The notes below the pieces were generated by a model. It was not told the origin of the DNA, did not search any database, and worked only from the letters and a program-made list of their open reading frames with translations. The translations under genes were made by a program, and so were the position numbers. This document shows, in pieces, positions 28,402-38,442 of a DNA stretch of 64,000 nucleotides (position 1 is the stretch's first letter; every line of letters starts with the position of its first letter). Source of the stretch: Ulvibacterium sp. (GTDB lineage Bacteria > Bacteroidota > Bacteroidia > Flavobacteriales > Flavobacteriaceae); the NCBI RefSeq assembly GCF_965248315.1, contig NZ_CBDFIX010000001.1:107618-171617 (forward strand). Direction: 5' to 3'.

Positions 28402-30453
28402 ATGAAAAACCTCAAAATCAGTTTATGTCTTTTTGTTTCCCTAGTTGCCAACGATGTCTTGGCTCAGAAAGTTAAATTTGGAAAAGTATCGGAAGCCGAA
28501 CTTAGGGAAGAAGTGTATGAAAAAGATTCTTCTGCGGTCGCCGCGGTATTGTATCGATATAAAAACATTCGTTTTGAATACAAGCAATCCCTAGGTTTTA
28601 AATTGGTTACCTCTATCCATGAGCGGGTAAAAATTTATAAGTCGGAAGGATTTGAATATGCCACGGTAATTGAAAAATTGTCTAAGGACAATGGAGACAA
28701 GGAGACCATCAGTGGATTGAAGGCATTTACTTATAGTTTGGAAAATGGGGAAATTAAAAAGCATAAATTGTCCAAAGAAGGAGAGTTTAAAACAGAACTG
28801 AACGAGTATTACAACGAAGAAAAATTTACCATGCCCAACGTAAAAGTTGGTAGTGTGGTTGAATACGAATACCAAATCCACTCTCCTTTTTATTGGATTA
28901 TTGATGAAATAGCCATGCAATATGACATCCCCATCAAATATCAAGAGATTTCCATTAGGGCCCCGGAATACTTCGTTTTTAAACCCACCATGAAAGGATA
29001 TCTGCCTCTTAATCCTCAAACGGGTACCGAAGGTGGTACCATCACCTTTACCGATAAGCAGAGAAGAGGAAAATATAACACAACTACCACCTACAGCAAT
29101 TCCAACCTAAATTATATTATCAATGTTACCAACTATACAATGCAAGATGTGCCTGCCCTAAAAGAGGAACCTCATGTTAATAACATGAACAACTATAGAA
29201 GTGCCGTGTTGTATGAATTGCAGTATACCAAGTTTCCCCAATCCCCTATAAAAAGTTATACCACTACCTGGGAGAAGGTAATCAAGACAATTTATGAAAG
29301 TCGTAATTTTGGAGGTCAACTTGCCCAAAAAAGATATTTCAAGGAAGATCTTCAGGCCCTAATTGGAGATAGAACCGATGAGGTGGAAAAGGCAGCGATT
29401 ATTTTTCAATATGTTCAAAACCATATGAATTGGAATGGTATGGCGGGGTTTTATAGCGATAAAGGTGTTAAAAAAGCCTATGAAGATCGCAGTGGTAACA
29501 TAGCGGACATCAATCTGATGTTGACCGCCATGCTTAGCGAAGCAGGTCTGGAGGCCAATCCCGTGCTCATAAGCACTAGGGACCATGGAGTGCCAATGTT
29601 TCCTACGCGAAGAGGCTTTAATTATGTGGTAGCTTCCGTCTCCTTAAATGACAACATTGTGCTTTTGGATGCTTCCAACAAATACACCAAGCCTAACGTA
29701 TTACCTGTACATGCGCTGAACTGGTATGGAAAGTTGATAAAAAAAGATGGGAGCTTCAATAGCGTTTCCGTAATGCCCAAAATAGTTTCCAAGGAGAATT
29801 CCAATTGTACCGTTGCCTTGGACCAAAATGGTGGAATCAAAGGCAGGATGCGTAAGACATACACCGATTTTAAGGCATACGAGTTCAGGAACAAGTTTAA
29901 TGGCATACAGGAAGATTCTTATCTGGAAAAATTGGAATCCTCCAATGTAGGCATGGAAATCGGGGAATACGCGGTGAAGAATAACGAGACCATAGGCAAG
30001 GCCATTATGGAAAATATGAGTTTTACCATGGAAGGTCAGATAGCAAAAGTAGGGGATAAAATGTACTTTAACCCCTTGTTTACTAGTACTATGACCGAAA
30101 ACCCTTTTAAGTTGGACGAACGAAACTACCCTATAGATTATGCGTATCCTTGGGAAGAAAAAATGGTGGTAAACATTTCCATACCAGAGGGATACGAAAT
30201 CGAGACATTACCGGCAGATGTAAAGTTAGGCTTACCCAATAAAACGGCAAGTTTTATTTATAAAGTGATGGCTCAGGGCAATAAGATTCAGGTATTGGCG
30301 GATTTGAAAATGAACGCGGCCATTATTCCTGCCGTAGATTATCACAATTTAAAAGAATTCTACAAAAAGATAGTGGAAAAAGAGGCAGAAAAAGTAGTTT
30401 TATCCAAAACTACCGCAAATGGCTCTCAAGAAACTCCAGCAGGAAGTAGATAA
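28402..30453 (+). CDS. DUF3857/DUF3858 transglutaminase-like paralog (core Cys not evident)
   Basis: 683 aa with a signal peptide. Same architecture as the upstream gene, but the equivalent segment reads RSGNIADINLML without Cys. Confidence 0.7.
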   Translation: MKNLKISLCLFVSLVANDVLAQKVKFGKVSEAELREEVYEKDSSAVAAVLYRYKNIRFEYKQSLGFKLVTSIHERVKIYKSEGFEYATVIEKLSKDNGDKETISGLKAFTYSLENGEIKKHKLSKEGEFKTELNEYYNEEKFTMPNVKVGSVVEYEYQIHSPFYWIIDEIAMQYDIPIKYQEISIRAPEYFVFKPTMKGYLPLNPQTGTEGGTITFTDKQRRGKYNTTTTYSNSNLNYIINVTNYTMQDVPALKEEPHVNNMNNYRSAVLYELQYTKFPQSPIKSYTTTWEKVIKTIYESRNFGGQLAQKRYFKEDLQALIGDRTDEVEKAAIIFQYVQNHMNWNGMAGFYSDKGVKKAYEDRSGNIADINLMLTAMLSEAGLEANPVLISTRDHGVPMFPTRRGFNYVVASVSLNDNIVLLDASNKYTKPNVLPVHALNWYGKLIKKDGSFNSVSVMPKIVSKENSNCTVALDQNGGIKGRMRKTYTDFKAYEFRNKFNGIQEDSYLEKLESSNVGMEIGEYAVKNNETIGKAIMENMSFTMEGQIAKVGDKMYFNPLFTSTMTENPFKLDERNYPIDYAYPWEEKMVVNISIPEGYEIETLPADVKLGLPNKTASFIYKVMAQGNKIQVLADLKMNAAIIPAVDYHNLKEFYKKIVEKEAEKVVLSKTTANGSQETPAGSR

Positions 30454-30745
30454 TTGGATAAAACGGCACGGCGTACGTTATTTTAACGAACTTACAAATA
30501 TGGCCCAACTTACCGAAGAGGTAGGGGAGGTGGCCCGTATCATTGCTCGAAGGTATGGAGAGCAGAGCGAAAAGGAATCCGATAAGGAAAGAGATCTAGG
30601 CGAGGAATTGGCAGATGTCCTTTTTGTGGTCCTTTGTTTGGCAAATCAGACGAACGTAGATTTGCAGAAAGCTTTCGATGAAAAATTGGCTTTGAAGACC
30701 CAACGGGATCATGACAGACACCAAAACAACAAAAAGCTTAAATAG
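30419..30745 (+). CDS. MazG-type nucleotide pyrophosphohydrolase (small single-domain)
   Basis: 108 aa. EEVGEVARII ... EELADVLFVVLCLAN metal-binding EExxE/ExxD pattern. Confidence 0.8.
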   Translation: MALKKLQQEVDNWIKRHGVRYFNELTNMAQLTEEVGEVARIIARRYGEQSEKESDKERDLGEELADVLFVVLCLANQTNVDLQKAFDEKLALKTQRDHDRHQNNKKLK

Positions 30746-30748
30746 TAC

Positions 30749-30756
30749 TATCTTTG
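30749..30756 (+). promoter_or_regulatory. Bacteroidetes-type -7 promoter box TATCTTTG
   Basis: Matches TAnnTTTG, 27 nt upstream of the aroA TTG start. Confidence 0.35.
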
Positions 30757-30782
30757 CACCTTAGCACTAGAACCGCATAAGA

Positions 30783-32012
30783 TTGAAACTACACCTATCT
30801 CCTCCTACAACCAAACTACTAAAATCCAGTATTCGGATTACAGGCTCAAAAAGCGAGTCCAACCGTTTGTTATTGCTACAAGCGTTGTACCCCAATATCG
30901 AGATTGACAACCTATCCAATTCCGATGATGCCCAGGTCATGCAAAAAGGACTGAATACAAGTAGGGGTGTTGTGGATATCCATCATGCCGGCACGGCCAT
31001 GCGATTTCTTACAGGCTACTTTGCCTCACAGGAAGGTAAGGAAGTTCTTCTTACAGGCTCAAAACGTATGACTGAGCGTCCCATAAAAGTTCTAGTGGAT
31101 GCGCTACACAAATTAGGGGCCGAAATTGAATATGAAAAGAACGATGGGTATCCACCATTAAAAATTAAAGGGAAAAAGCTAACCCGAAATAAAGTGAGCC
31201 TTCCCGCCCATATCAGTAGCCAATATATTTCTGCATTGTTGCTGATTGCACCGGGTCTGGGAAATGGTCTGGAATTGGACTTGAAAGGGGAAATTACATC
31301 TGTCCCCTATATAAAGATGACTTTGGCCTTATTGGAGCAAATTGGTGTAGGGACCACTTTTGAAGGAAACAAGATCAAGGTATATCCCAAAGAGTCCGTG
31401 AATTTAAAAACCCTGGTGGTGGAATCAGATTGGAGCTCTGCCTCCTATTTCTACAGTATAGTTGCCCTTAGTGCAGTTGGTTCTGAAGTTATCTTATCAT
31501 CATATAGAAAAAATAGCTTGCAGGGAGATAGCGTGCTTGCAGGGATTTATAAAAATTGGGGCGTGGACACCGATTTCAGGGAAAATGAAATCAGCCTAAG
31601 AAAAGTGGCAGACCTAAAACCCGAAAATTTGAATCTGGAACTTTCAAATGCCCCGGATACTGCCCAGACTATTGCGGTTACCTGTTTTGGATTAGGAGTT
31701 GGGTGTCATCTTACAGGGCTGCACACCCTAAAAATAAAGGAAACCGATAGATTGGTAGCCTTGGATACAGAACTCTCCAAATTGGGTGCGGACATAACCG
31801 TATCGGATAAGGATTTGACTTTACGTCCGTCGAATGAAGTGAACAAGGACATAGCGATAAACACCTATAATGATCATAGAATGGCTATGGCCTTTGCACC
31901 CTTGGCCATGAAAACTTCAATATATGTAAACGATGCCGAAGTGGTCTCCAAATCCTATCCTGATTTTTGGAAAGACCTGGAAATACTGGGTATAACCATA
32001 CGAAAATCATAA
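30783..32012 (+). CDS. aroA: 3-phosphoshikimate 1-carboxyvinyltransferase (EPSP synthase)
   Basis: 409 aa. GSKSESNR, HHAGTAMRFL, DHRMAMAFA motifs; TTG start. Confidence 0.9.
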   Translation: MKLHLSPPTTKLLKSSIRITGSKSESNRLLLLQALYPNIEIDNLSNSDDAQVMQKGLNTSRGVVDIHHAGTAMRFLTGYFASQEGKEVLLTGSKRMTERPIKVLVDALHKLGAEIEYEKNDGYPPLKIKGKKLTRNKVSLPAHISSQYISALLLIAPGLGNGLELDLKGEITSVPYIKMTLALLEQIGVGTTFEGNKIKVYPKESVNLKTLVVESDWSSASYFYSIVALSAVGSEVILSSYRKNSLQGDSVLAGIYKNWGVDTDFRENEISLRKVADLKPENLNLELSNAPDTAQTIAVTCFGLGVGCHLTGLHTLKIKETDRLVALDTELSKLGADITVSDKDLTLRPSNEVNKDIAINTYNDHRMAMAFAPLAMKTSIYVNDAEVVSKSYPDFWKDLEILGITIRKS

Positions 32013-32035
32013 TTCGTATTTAATCCTTGTTTTAC

Positions 32036-32067
32036 TTGACAACCCCCATGGCCACATTGTATATTTG
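32036..32067 (+). promoter_or_regulatory. Bacteroidetes-type promoter (TTG N21 TATATTTG)
   Basis: -33 TTG at 32036-32038 and -7 TATATTTG at 32060-32067, 33 nt upstream of the queA ATG. Confidence 0.4.
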
Positions 32068-32100
32068 CAGCCGCAAAAATGACTAACTTAATTCACTTAC

Positions 32101-33150
32101 ATGAAATTATCGCACTTCAATTTTGAACTTCCAAAGGACTTATTGGCAGAATACCCAACTGAAAATAGGGACGAGTCCAAATTAATGGTAATCCATAGGG
32201 ATTCTGGTAAAATAGAGCATAAGATGTTCAAGGACCTTATTGATTATTTTGACGAAGGCGATGTTATGGTCCTGAACAATACCAAGGTCTTTCCGGCAAG
32301 ATTATACGGAAATAAGGAAAAGACAGGAGCTCGTATCGAGGTTTTTTTATTGCGGGAATTGAACGAGGAACAAAGGCTATGGGATGTTTTGGTTGATCCG
32401 GCACGTAAAATCCGAATAGGCAATAAACTATATTTTGGAGATGACGAAAGCCTGGTAGCAGAAGTTATTGACAATACAACATCCAGGGGAAGGACCTTAC
32501 GTTTTTTATATGACGGAGCCTATATCGATTTTCGAAGGAAACTTCGGGAATTGGGGGAAACGCCCTTGCCAAAATACATTAAGCGTGGGGTGGAACCAGA
32601 GGATGAGGAACGTTATCAGACCATTTATGCCAAACATGAAGGAGCTGTGGCGGCTCCGACGGCTGGGCTTCACTTTTCCAAGCACTTATTAAAGCGTTTG
32701 GAAATCAAAGGAGTGAATTTTGCTGAATTGACCTTGCATGTTGGTTTGGGGACCTTTAACCCCGTTGAGGTAGAGGATCTTTCCAAACATAAGATGGATA
32801 GCGAAGAATTGATTATAGACGAAAAGGCAACTGAAGTTGTCAATCGAGCCAAGGAAACAAGAAAAAAAGTATGTGCGGTGGGCACTACCGCAATGCGGGG
32901 ATTGGAAAGCGCGGTTTCTTCCGAACAAACACTAAATACGTTTGACGGTTGGACCAACAAATTTATTTTCCCACCGTATGATTTCAGTATCGCCAATTGT
33001 ATGATTACCAATTTCCATTTACCCAAATCTACATTGCTGATGATGGTATCTGCCTTTATTGGTCACGATCTCATGAAAAGAGCCTACAAAGAAGCTATTT
33101 TAGAGGGATATCGTTTCTATTCCTATGGAGATGCCATGTTGATTATATAG
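32101..33150 (+). CDS. queA: tRNA preQ1(34) S-adenosylmethionine ribosyltransferase-isomerase
   Basis: 349 aa. [16 protein letters not shown]..., [16 protein letters not shown] motifs. Confidence 0.9.
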   Translation: MKLSHFNFELPKDLLAEYPTENRDESKLMVIHRDSGKIEHKMFKDLIDYFDEGDVMVLNNTKVFPARLYGNKEKTGARIEVFLLRELNEEQRLWDVLVDPARKIRIGNKLYFGDDESLVAEVIDNTTSRGRTLRFLYDGAYIDFRRKLRELGETPLPKYIKRGVEPEDEERYQTIYAKHEGAVAAPTAGLHFSKHLLKRLEIKGVNFAELTLHVGLGTFNPVEVEDLSKHKMDSEELIIDEKATEVVNRAKETRKKVCAVGTTAMRGLESAVSSEQTLNTFDGWTNKFIFPPYDFSIANCMITNFHLPKSTLLMMVSAFIGHDLMKRAYKEAILEGYRFYSYGDAMLII

Positions 33151-33224
33151 GAAGGTTCGAACAAATTATAGGAATCCTGTCTACCAAATCATCGGTTCGG
33201 CAGGATTTTTTATCTTTTCACGTA

Positions 33225-34265
33225 TTGGAAACAAAAAAGAAAGACATACGAGCCCTTACTAAGGAACAATTGCGCGGTTTTTTCACGGAACAAGGTGATA
33301 AGGCTTTCCGCGGCAATCAGGTCTATGAATGGCTTTGGCAGAAATCCGCACACTCCTTTGATGTGATGACAAATCTTTCCAAGGATACCCGAAAACTTTT
33401 GGAGGATTTTTTTGTAATCAATCACATTCGTGTAGATCAAATGCAGCGGAGCAAGGACGGTACCATAAAAAATGCGGTACGATTGCATGATGGGTTGGTA
33501 GTGGAATCTGTTTTGATTCCTACTGCAAACCGTACCACGGCGTGTGTTTCGAGCCAAGTGGGTTGTAGTCTGGACTGCAAGTTCTGTGCTACGGCACGTT
33601 TAAAACGAATGCGCAATCTGAATCCTGATGAAATCTACGACCAAGTGGTGGCCATTGATAATGAGAGTAGGCTCTATTTTGATCGACCCTTGAGCAACAT
33701 TGTATTTATGGGAATGGGCGAACCTTTAATGAATTACAACAATGTGTTAAAGGCCATCGATAAGATAACCTCCCCAACTGGGCTCGGAATGTCCCCAAGA
33801 CGTATTACGGTCTCTACATCGGGAGTTCCCAAAATGATAAAAAAAATGGCAGACGATGGGGTTAGATTCAATTTGGCCGTATCCCTTCATTCCGCCATTG
33901 ACGAAATACGGACATCCATAATGCCCTTTAACGCCACGTTTACTTTGACCGACCTACGGGAAGCTCTGCAATATTGGTATGCCAGGACCAAAAGTAGAAT
34001 CACCTACGAATATGTGGTCTGGGAAGGTATTAATGATACACAGAAGGATGCGGATGCCTTGGTAGACTTCTGCAAATTTGCGCCTTCAAAGGTTAATCTT
34101 ATCGAATATAACCCAATCGATGATGGTAGGTTTCAGCAAGCTTCAAATATCGCACTGGAGAGATATGTGGACACTTTAGAGCAAAACGGAATTGTGGTTA
34201 CCGTTAGACGTTCCAGGGGGAAGGATATAGATGCGGCATGTGGCCAATTGGCAAATAAACACTAA
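33225..34265 (+). CDS. rlmN: 23S rRNA (adenine2503-C2)-methyltransferase, radical SAM
   Basis: Radical-SAM CSLDCKFCAT and GMGEPL. TTG 33225 is preferred; the 32997 ORF extension overlaps queA and has no RlmN similarity. Confidence 0.85.
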   Translation: METKKKDIRALTKEQLRGFFTEQGDKAFRGNQVYEWLWQKSAHSFDVMTNLSKDTRKLLEDFFVINHIRVDQMQRSKDGTIKNAVRLHDGLVVESVLIPTANRTTACVSSQVGCSLDCKFCATARLKRMRNLNPDEIYDQVVAIDNESRLYFDRPLSNIVFMGMGEPLMNYNNVLKAIDKITSPTGLGMSPRRITVSTSGVPKMIKKMADDGVRFNLAVSLHSAIDEIRTSIMPFNATFTLTDLREALQYWYARTKSRITYEYVVWEGINDTQKDADALVDFCKFAPSKVNLIEYNPIDDGRFQQASNIALERYVDTLEQNGIVVTVRRSRGKDIDAACGQLANKH

Positions 34266-34471
34266 AAAATAAGGAGTTGATATCGCTCCATGAATAAGGT
34301 AAAGGCAGCTTTTGTTTTTTGATCAATACATTAGATAATCCTGCATAAGGTTACGAAATTAAATTTTCTCGTACCTCCCTGGCCAAATACTGAGACTGCC
34401 CGCTGAACGCCTCTTCTTTTCCTTATTTTATTTTTATCTTTCCAAATCCAAAGCGATAGAAACCAAACTTC

Positions 34472-35449
34472 TTGAAAACAGTATCCCGAATAAAGGAACC
34501 TATAGATCGTGAAATGGAACTTTTTGAGAAGAAGTTCCATAGTGCCATGTCCTCCAAGGTAGCACTTCTTAATCGCATTACGTATTACATTGTAAACCGG
34601 AAAGGCAAGCAAATGCGGCCTATGTTCGTTTTTTTGACCGCAAAGTTGTTGAACAAGGGCGAGGTAAATGAACGAACATATAGGGGTGCCTCCGTTATAG
34701 AACTTATTCATACGGCCACTTTGGTGCATGATGATGTTGTGGATGAAAGTAACAAACGCCGCGGGTTTTTTTCCATTAATGCATTATGGAAAAATAAAAT
34801 TGCTGTTTTGGTAGGTGATTATCTATTATCAAAAGGATTGTTGTTGTCCATTGACCATGGAGATTTTGACCTGCTGCGGATTATTTCCGTAGCCGTTCGG
34901 GAAATGAGCGAAGGGGAGTTGCTACAGATTGAAAAGGCGAGACGCCTGGACATTACCGAAGAAATCTATTATGATATCATCCGCCAAAAGACGGCCACTT
35001 TAATTGCCGCATGTTGTAGTTTGGGTGCGTGTTCCGTAAAACCCAATTCACCGGACGTGGAAACCTTTAGGAAATTTGGGGAACTTTGTGGCATGGCCTT
35101 TCAAATAAAGGATGATCTTTTTGATTATGGAGAAGAGAAAATTGGGAAACCTACCGGGATAGATATTAAGGAACAAAAGATGACCTTACCTCTAATTTAT
35201 GTCCTTAACAACTGCTCCAAATCGGAAAAAAGATGGTTGATCAATTCCGTAAAAAATCACAATAAAGACAAAATCAGGGTGAAGCAAGTAATCGCTTTCG
35301 TAAAGGAAAGAGGCGGATTGGAATATGCCGTACAAAAAATGCTCGATTTTAAGGAAGAGGCTTTGAAACTTTTAGACGCATACCCATCTTCGGATTACAA
35401 AAACTCCCTTGAGCTTATGGTAAATTATGTAGTGGATAGAAAAAAGTAA
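34472..35449 (+). CDS. ispB: polyprenyl diphosphate synthase (octaprenyl/solanesyl type)
   Basis: 325 aa. First DDxxD in LVHDDVVDES, second in FQIKDDLFD. TTG start. Confidence 0.85.
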   Translation: MKTVSRIKEPIDREMELFEKKFHSAMSSKVALLNRITYYIVNRKGKQMRPMFVFLTAKLLNKGEVNERTYRGASVIELIHTATLVHDDVVDESNKRRGFFSINALWKNKIAVLVGDYLLSKGLLLSIDHGDFDLLRIISVAVREMSEGELLQIEKARRLDITEEIYYDIIRQKTATLIAACCSLGACSVKPNSPDVETFRKFGELCGMAFQIKDDLFDYGEEKIGKPTGIDIKEQKMTLPLIYVLNNCSKSEKRWLINSVKNHNKDKIRVKQVIAFVKERGGLEYAVQKMLDFKEEALKLLDAYPSSDYKNSLELMVNYVVDRKK

Positions 35450-35598
35450 AGTCGAATGGCTTTGTTTTTGATATGAAATTTTCACATTACGGACCTTGCA
35501 TAAAAGACTTCAAAAAAAAAATCAACTTTCCAGGCAACGTTTTCCCTTACTAAATCGTCTATAGAAATAGTAGACAACCAAAAACCCCTTTTATAAAA

Positions 35599-36165
35599 TT
35601 GAAAATCATTTCTTTTTATAAAAACGAAAAGCAGCTTATAGAAAGGGCAGCCTCCGGAAATCGGGATGCGCAACAACGCCTTTATGAAAAATTTGCGCCC
35701 AAGATGCTCGGGGTATGTAGACGATACATTAAAGACCTGCAATTTGCGGAAGACGTTATGGTCAATGGTTTTGTAAAGGTTTTTCAAGGTCTCGAAACTT
35801 TCCGTCACCAAGGCAGTTTTGAAGGATGGATAAAAAAAATCATGATTAGGGAGAGTATTTCCTATTTACGGAAACAACAATTTGTAGTCTATGATGATAC
35901 GGTATACGAAAGGCATGGGGAAAAATCCGTCTCTGATACCGCTGCAAAATTGGACATTGAATATATACAAACCATGATCGATGCCTTACCGGAAGGCTAT
36001 AGGACCGTTTTTGTACTGTACGCAGTAGAAGGGTACAAGCACCAAGAGATAGCTGAAATGCTTGCCATTACGGAGAGTACTTCAAAATCACAACTATTCA
36101 AGGCCCGTAAATTATTGCAACAAAGTTTAAAGAAACAAAATATCATAGGATATGGAACCGAATAA
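35599..36165 (+). CDS. RNA polymerase ECF-type sigma-70 factor
   Basis: 188 aa. Region 2 (FAEDVMVNGFVKVF) and region 4 HTH (GYKHQEIAEMLAITESTSKSQLFKARKLL). TTG start. Confidence 0.8.
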   Translation: MKIISFYKNEKQLIERAASGNRDAQQRLYEKFAPKMLGVCRRYIKDLQFAEDVMVNGFVKVFQGLETFRHQGSFEGWIKKIMIRESISYLRKQQFVVYDDTVYERHGEKSVSDTAAKLDIEYIQTMIDALPEGYRTVFVLYAVEGYKHQEIAEMLAITESTSKSQLFKARKLLQQSLKKQNIIGYGTE

Positions 36166-36928
36166 TTTTGAAAAGCATATCAAAAAACAATTGGAGCAAA
36201 GGGAACTACAACCATCATCCCAGGCCTGGCAAAAGGTGGCTGATCGTTTGGAAGGAGCTCCAACACCAAAATCAAATCGTTTTTTTTGGTATGGTATTGC
36301 AGCGAGTTTTACAGGTCTTTTGGTAATCTCATTAATGTATTTTGGCTCTCATGGACCTATGGAGAATCCTGATATTGAAATCGTAAATATGGATAGTGAA
36401 AATGACAAAGTTGAGGATGCGTTAAAAAAAGCTACGGATGAAAAGACCTTCGGAGAGGAGAATAGGGTAGTCGATACGAATGAGGATTTGGACGTAAAAA
36501 AGCCCTTGGAGGAATCTGTAAATTTTCCAAACGAACAGGAAACGATCAAGGAAAAAACCTTGGAGGATGTAAAAACAAGTATTGCTTCCACAGATACACA
36601 GGGAGACAAAGAAGTTGAAAGTAAAATTTTGAGTAAAGATTCCGAAGATATCATCAATACCAAAATAGCGGAAGTCGTGGCGCAGGTAGATGTATTGGAG
36701 CAAAAAAATAGAACAGTCTCAGATTCCGAGGTAGATTCGCTATTGCAGAAGGCACACCGGGAAATAATTGCTGAAAAGCTTTTCCGGGATAATGGCAGGG
36801 TGGATGCCATGGCCCTGTTGACGCAGGTAGAGGATGAGCTAGATCAATCCTTTAGGGATCAGATTTTCGAAAAGTTAAAAACCGGTTTTATGAAGGTGCG
36901 TACGGCCGTGGCGGACCGGAATAATTAA
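36152..36928 (+). CDS. putative anti-sigma factor (single-pass membrane protein, acidic periplasmic part)
   Basis: 258 aa. Overlaps the sigma gene by 14 nt. One TM helix (FFWYGIAASFTGLLVISLMYF) and an Asp/Glu-rich C-terminal half. Confidence 0.55.
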   Translation: MEPNNFEKHIKKQLEQRELQPSSQAWQKVADRLEGAPTPKSNRFFWYGIAASFTGLLVISLMYFGSHGPMENPDIEIVNMDSENDKVEDALKKATDEKTFGEENRVVDTNEDLDVKKPLEESVNFPNEQETIKEKTLEDVKTSIASTDTQGDKEVESKILSKDSEDIINTKIAEVVAQVDVLEQKNRTVSDSEVDSLLQKAHREIIAEKLFRDNGRVDAMALLTQVEDELDQSFRDQIFEKLKTGFMKVRTAVADRNN

Positions 36929-36950
36929 TTCATCAATCATTAATAGATTT

Positions 36951-36990
36951 CCTTCTTCTCTCCCCGCAACTGTCGGGGAGGCAGGGAAGG
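36951..36990 (+). terminator. GC-rich hairpin after the anti-sigma gene
   Basis: CTCCCCG (36960-36966) loop CAACTGT CGGGGAG (36974-36980), extended by CCTTC (36951-36955) pairing with GAAGG (36986-36990, within GGAAGG 36985-36990). No U-tract. Confidence 0.4.
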
Positions 36991-37012
36991 AACATTTCAA
37001 AAACAAACAAGT

Positions 37013-38080
37013 ATGAGAACCATTGTTTTTTATTTGACCTTAATTCTAATTTCCTTGGTTATGAACCATGTTGTCGCTCAGGAATGGAATGAGGAAAAAA
37101 TTGAAGCTCTGAAGGAGCAAAAGATTAAGATTACCCAACAGGAAAAGGAAGCCTTAAAATTAGAGGTGGAGGAGATCAACAGAAGATTGGATAATGGCAA
37201 CCTAACAGCAGAAGAAGCAAGGGTCCTAAAGGAAAATGCCGCAAAATTAAGAGCATTGAATATTGAAAACAAGCATGCCATTATCGATAACAAAATTGCC
37301 CTTTTGCAACGTAATCAGGGTGCTGTGCTAGAGGAGGAAAAAGGCTTTTCCATTATTGATGATGGAACGGGAATCAGCATTAACGTAGATGGGAAACCAT
37401 GGCATGTTTTTGAGAAGAATAATAAACCTCCAAAATATGACCGTCGCACATATTCCGATCCAGTCATCGCTGTAGGATTTAACAATGCCATTATAGATGG
37501 TCAATCCCTTGATGATTCACCCTATAAAATGGGGGGGAGCCGATTTTTTGAAATGGGATGGGTATGGCGTACGAGGGTTTTTGACAACTCCAATTTTATG
37601 CGCTTCACCTACGGACTTTCCTTTCAATTCAACGGTCTAAAGCCCAAGGACAATCAATATTTTGTCATTAATGATGAAGGTCAGGCAGAATTACAGGAAT
37701 TTGAATTTGAGCTTAGAAAATCAAAATTCCGTATGGACAATCTGGTTTTCCCTGTTCATTTTGAATTTGGTCCATCAAGGTTTAGGCAAACCGAAAATAC
37801 CATTCGATACTCCATACAAAACCAGTTTCGACTGGGTATTGGTGGGTACGGTGGATTTAATTTGGGTACCCGCCAAAAGTTGAAATATGATCGGGCCGGG
37901 GAAAGTGTAAAAGACAAGTTGAAAAGGGGATATAATACTACAAATTTTGTGTACGGGCTTAGCGCCTATGCCGGGTTCGATAGCGTACTGCTCTATATAA
38001 AATACGATTTGAACCCGATTTTTAAAGATGCTATAGTAGAGCAACGAAACATTTCTTTGGGCCTTCGGTGCGACTTGTGA
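37013..38080 (+). CDS. hypothetical outer-membrane beta-barrel-like protein with N-terminal coiled coil
   Basis: 355 aa. Signal peptide, Glu/Lys coiled-coil segment, then alternating aromatic/Gly-rich strands ending in ...ISLGLRCDL. Confidence 0.5.
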   Translation: MRTIVFYLTLILISLVMNHVVAQEWNEEKIEALKEQKIKITQQEKEALKLEVEEINRRLDNGNLTAEEARVLKENAAKLRALNIENKHAIIDNKIALLQRNQGAVLEEEKGFSIIDDGTGISINVDGKPWHVFEKNNKPPKYDRRTYSDPVIAVGFNNAIIDGQSLDDSPYKMGGSRFFEMGWVWRTRVFDNSNFMRFTYGLSFQFNGLKPKDNQYFVINDEGQAELQEFEFELRKSKFRMDNLVFPVHFEFGPSRFRQTENTIRYSIQNQFRLGIGGYGGFNLGTRQKLKYDRAGESVKDKLKRGYNTTNFVYGLSAYAGFDSVLLYIKYDLNPIFKDAIVEQRNISLGLRCDL

Positions 38081-38093
38081 CGAGGTGAAATAA

Positions 38094-38121
38094 GGTTCGC
38101 CTCTTTTACCTGAGGCGGATC
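38094..38121. terminator. hairpin between convergent genes
   Basis: GGTTCGCCTC (38094-38103) / GAGGCGGATC (38112-38121), ~10 bp including G-U pairs. T-rich on the - strand side. Confidence 0.45.
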
Positions 38122-38135
38122 TTAACCGTTCATTC

Positions 38136-38381
38136 TTAATCCATACCCATGGCATTTTCCATCTCCAAGGTAAATTCATTGTTATAATAAACACGTTTGC
38201 AGTGGGAGCATTCTGCAATTTTTGAAGTGGAAATTTTAAATAGTTTGATCCAAAACAAGTGAAAATAGTTTGAAGCTATGGAAACGGTCAAAGTTCCGAC
38301 CTTATTGCAATAAGGGCACCGAACACTTGGTAGGCGCTTTATTTCGGTTTTTCCAGGACGAGTACCGAAGAAGAGTATCAT
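38136..38381 (-). CDS. zinc-ribbon domain small membrane protein
   Basis: 81 aa. CPYC ... CSHC pairs flank a hydrophobic segment. Confidence 0.55.
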   Translation of the reverse strand: MILFFGTRPGKTEIKRLPSVRCPYCNKVGTLTVSIASNYFHLFWIKLFKISTSKIAECSHCKRVYYNNEFTLEMENAMGMD

Positions 38382-38442
38382 TGCACAAAGATATCGGAAG
38401 AAAATTCAAATCAAATTGGTAAAAGATATAAAAACAGTAAAA

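Noticed and set aside
33140-33165. GGTTCGAAC, a tRNA T-arm-like word
   Set aside because: No acceptor, anticodon or D-arm context surrounds it. It lies at the queA stop / rlmN leader. No tRNA, rRNA, tmRNA, RNase P or SRP RNA signatures were seen anywhere in the window.
32997-33224. N-terminal extension of rlmN overlapping queA
   Set aside because: It overlaps 154 nt of queA in another frame, and the translated sequence is not RlmN-like. The conserved RlmN N-terminus begins at TTG 33225.
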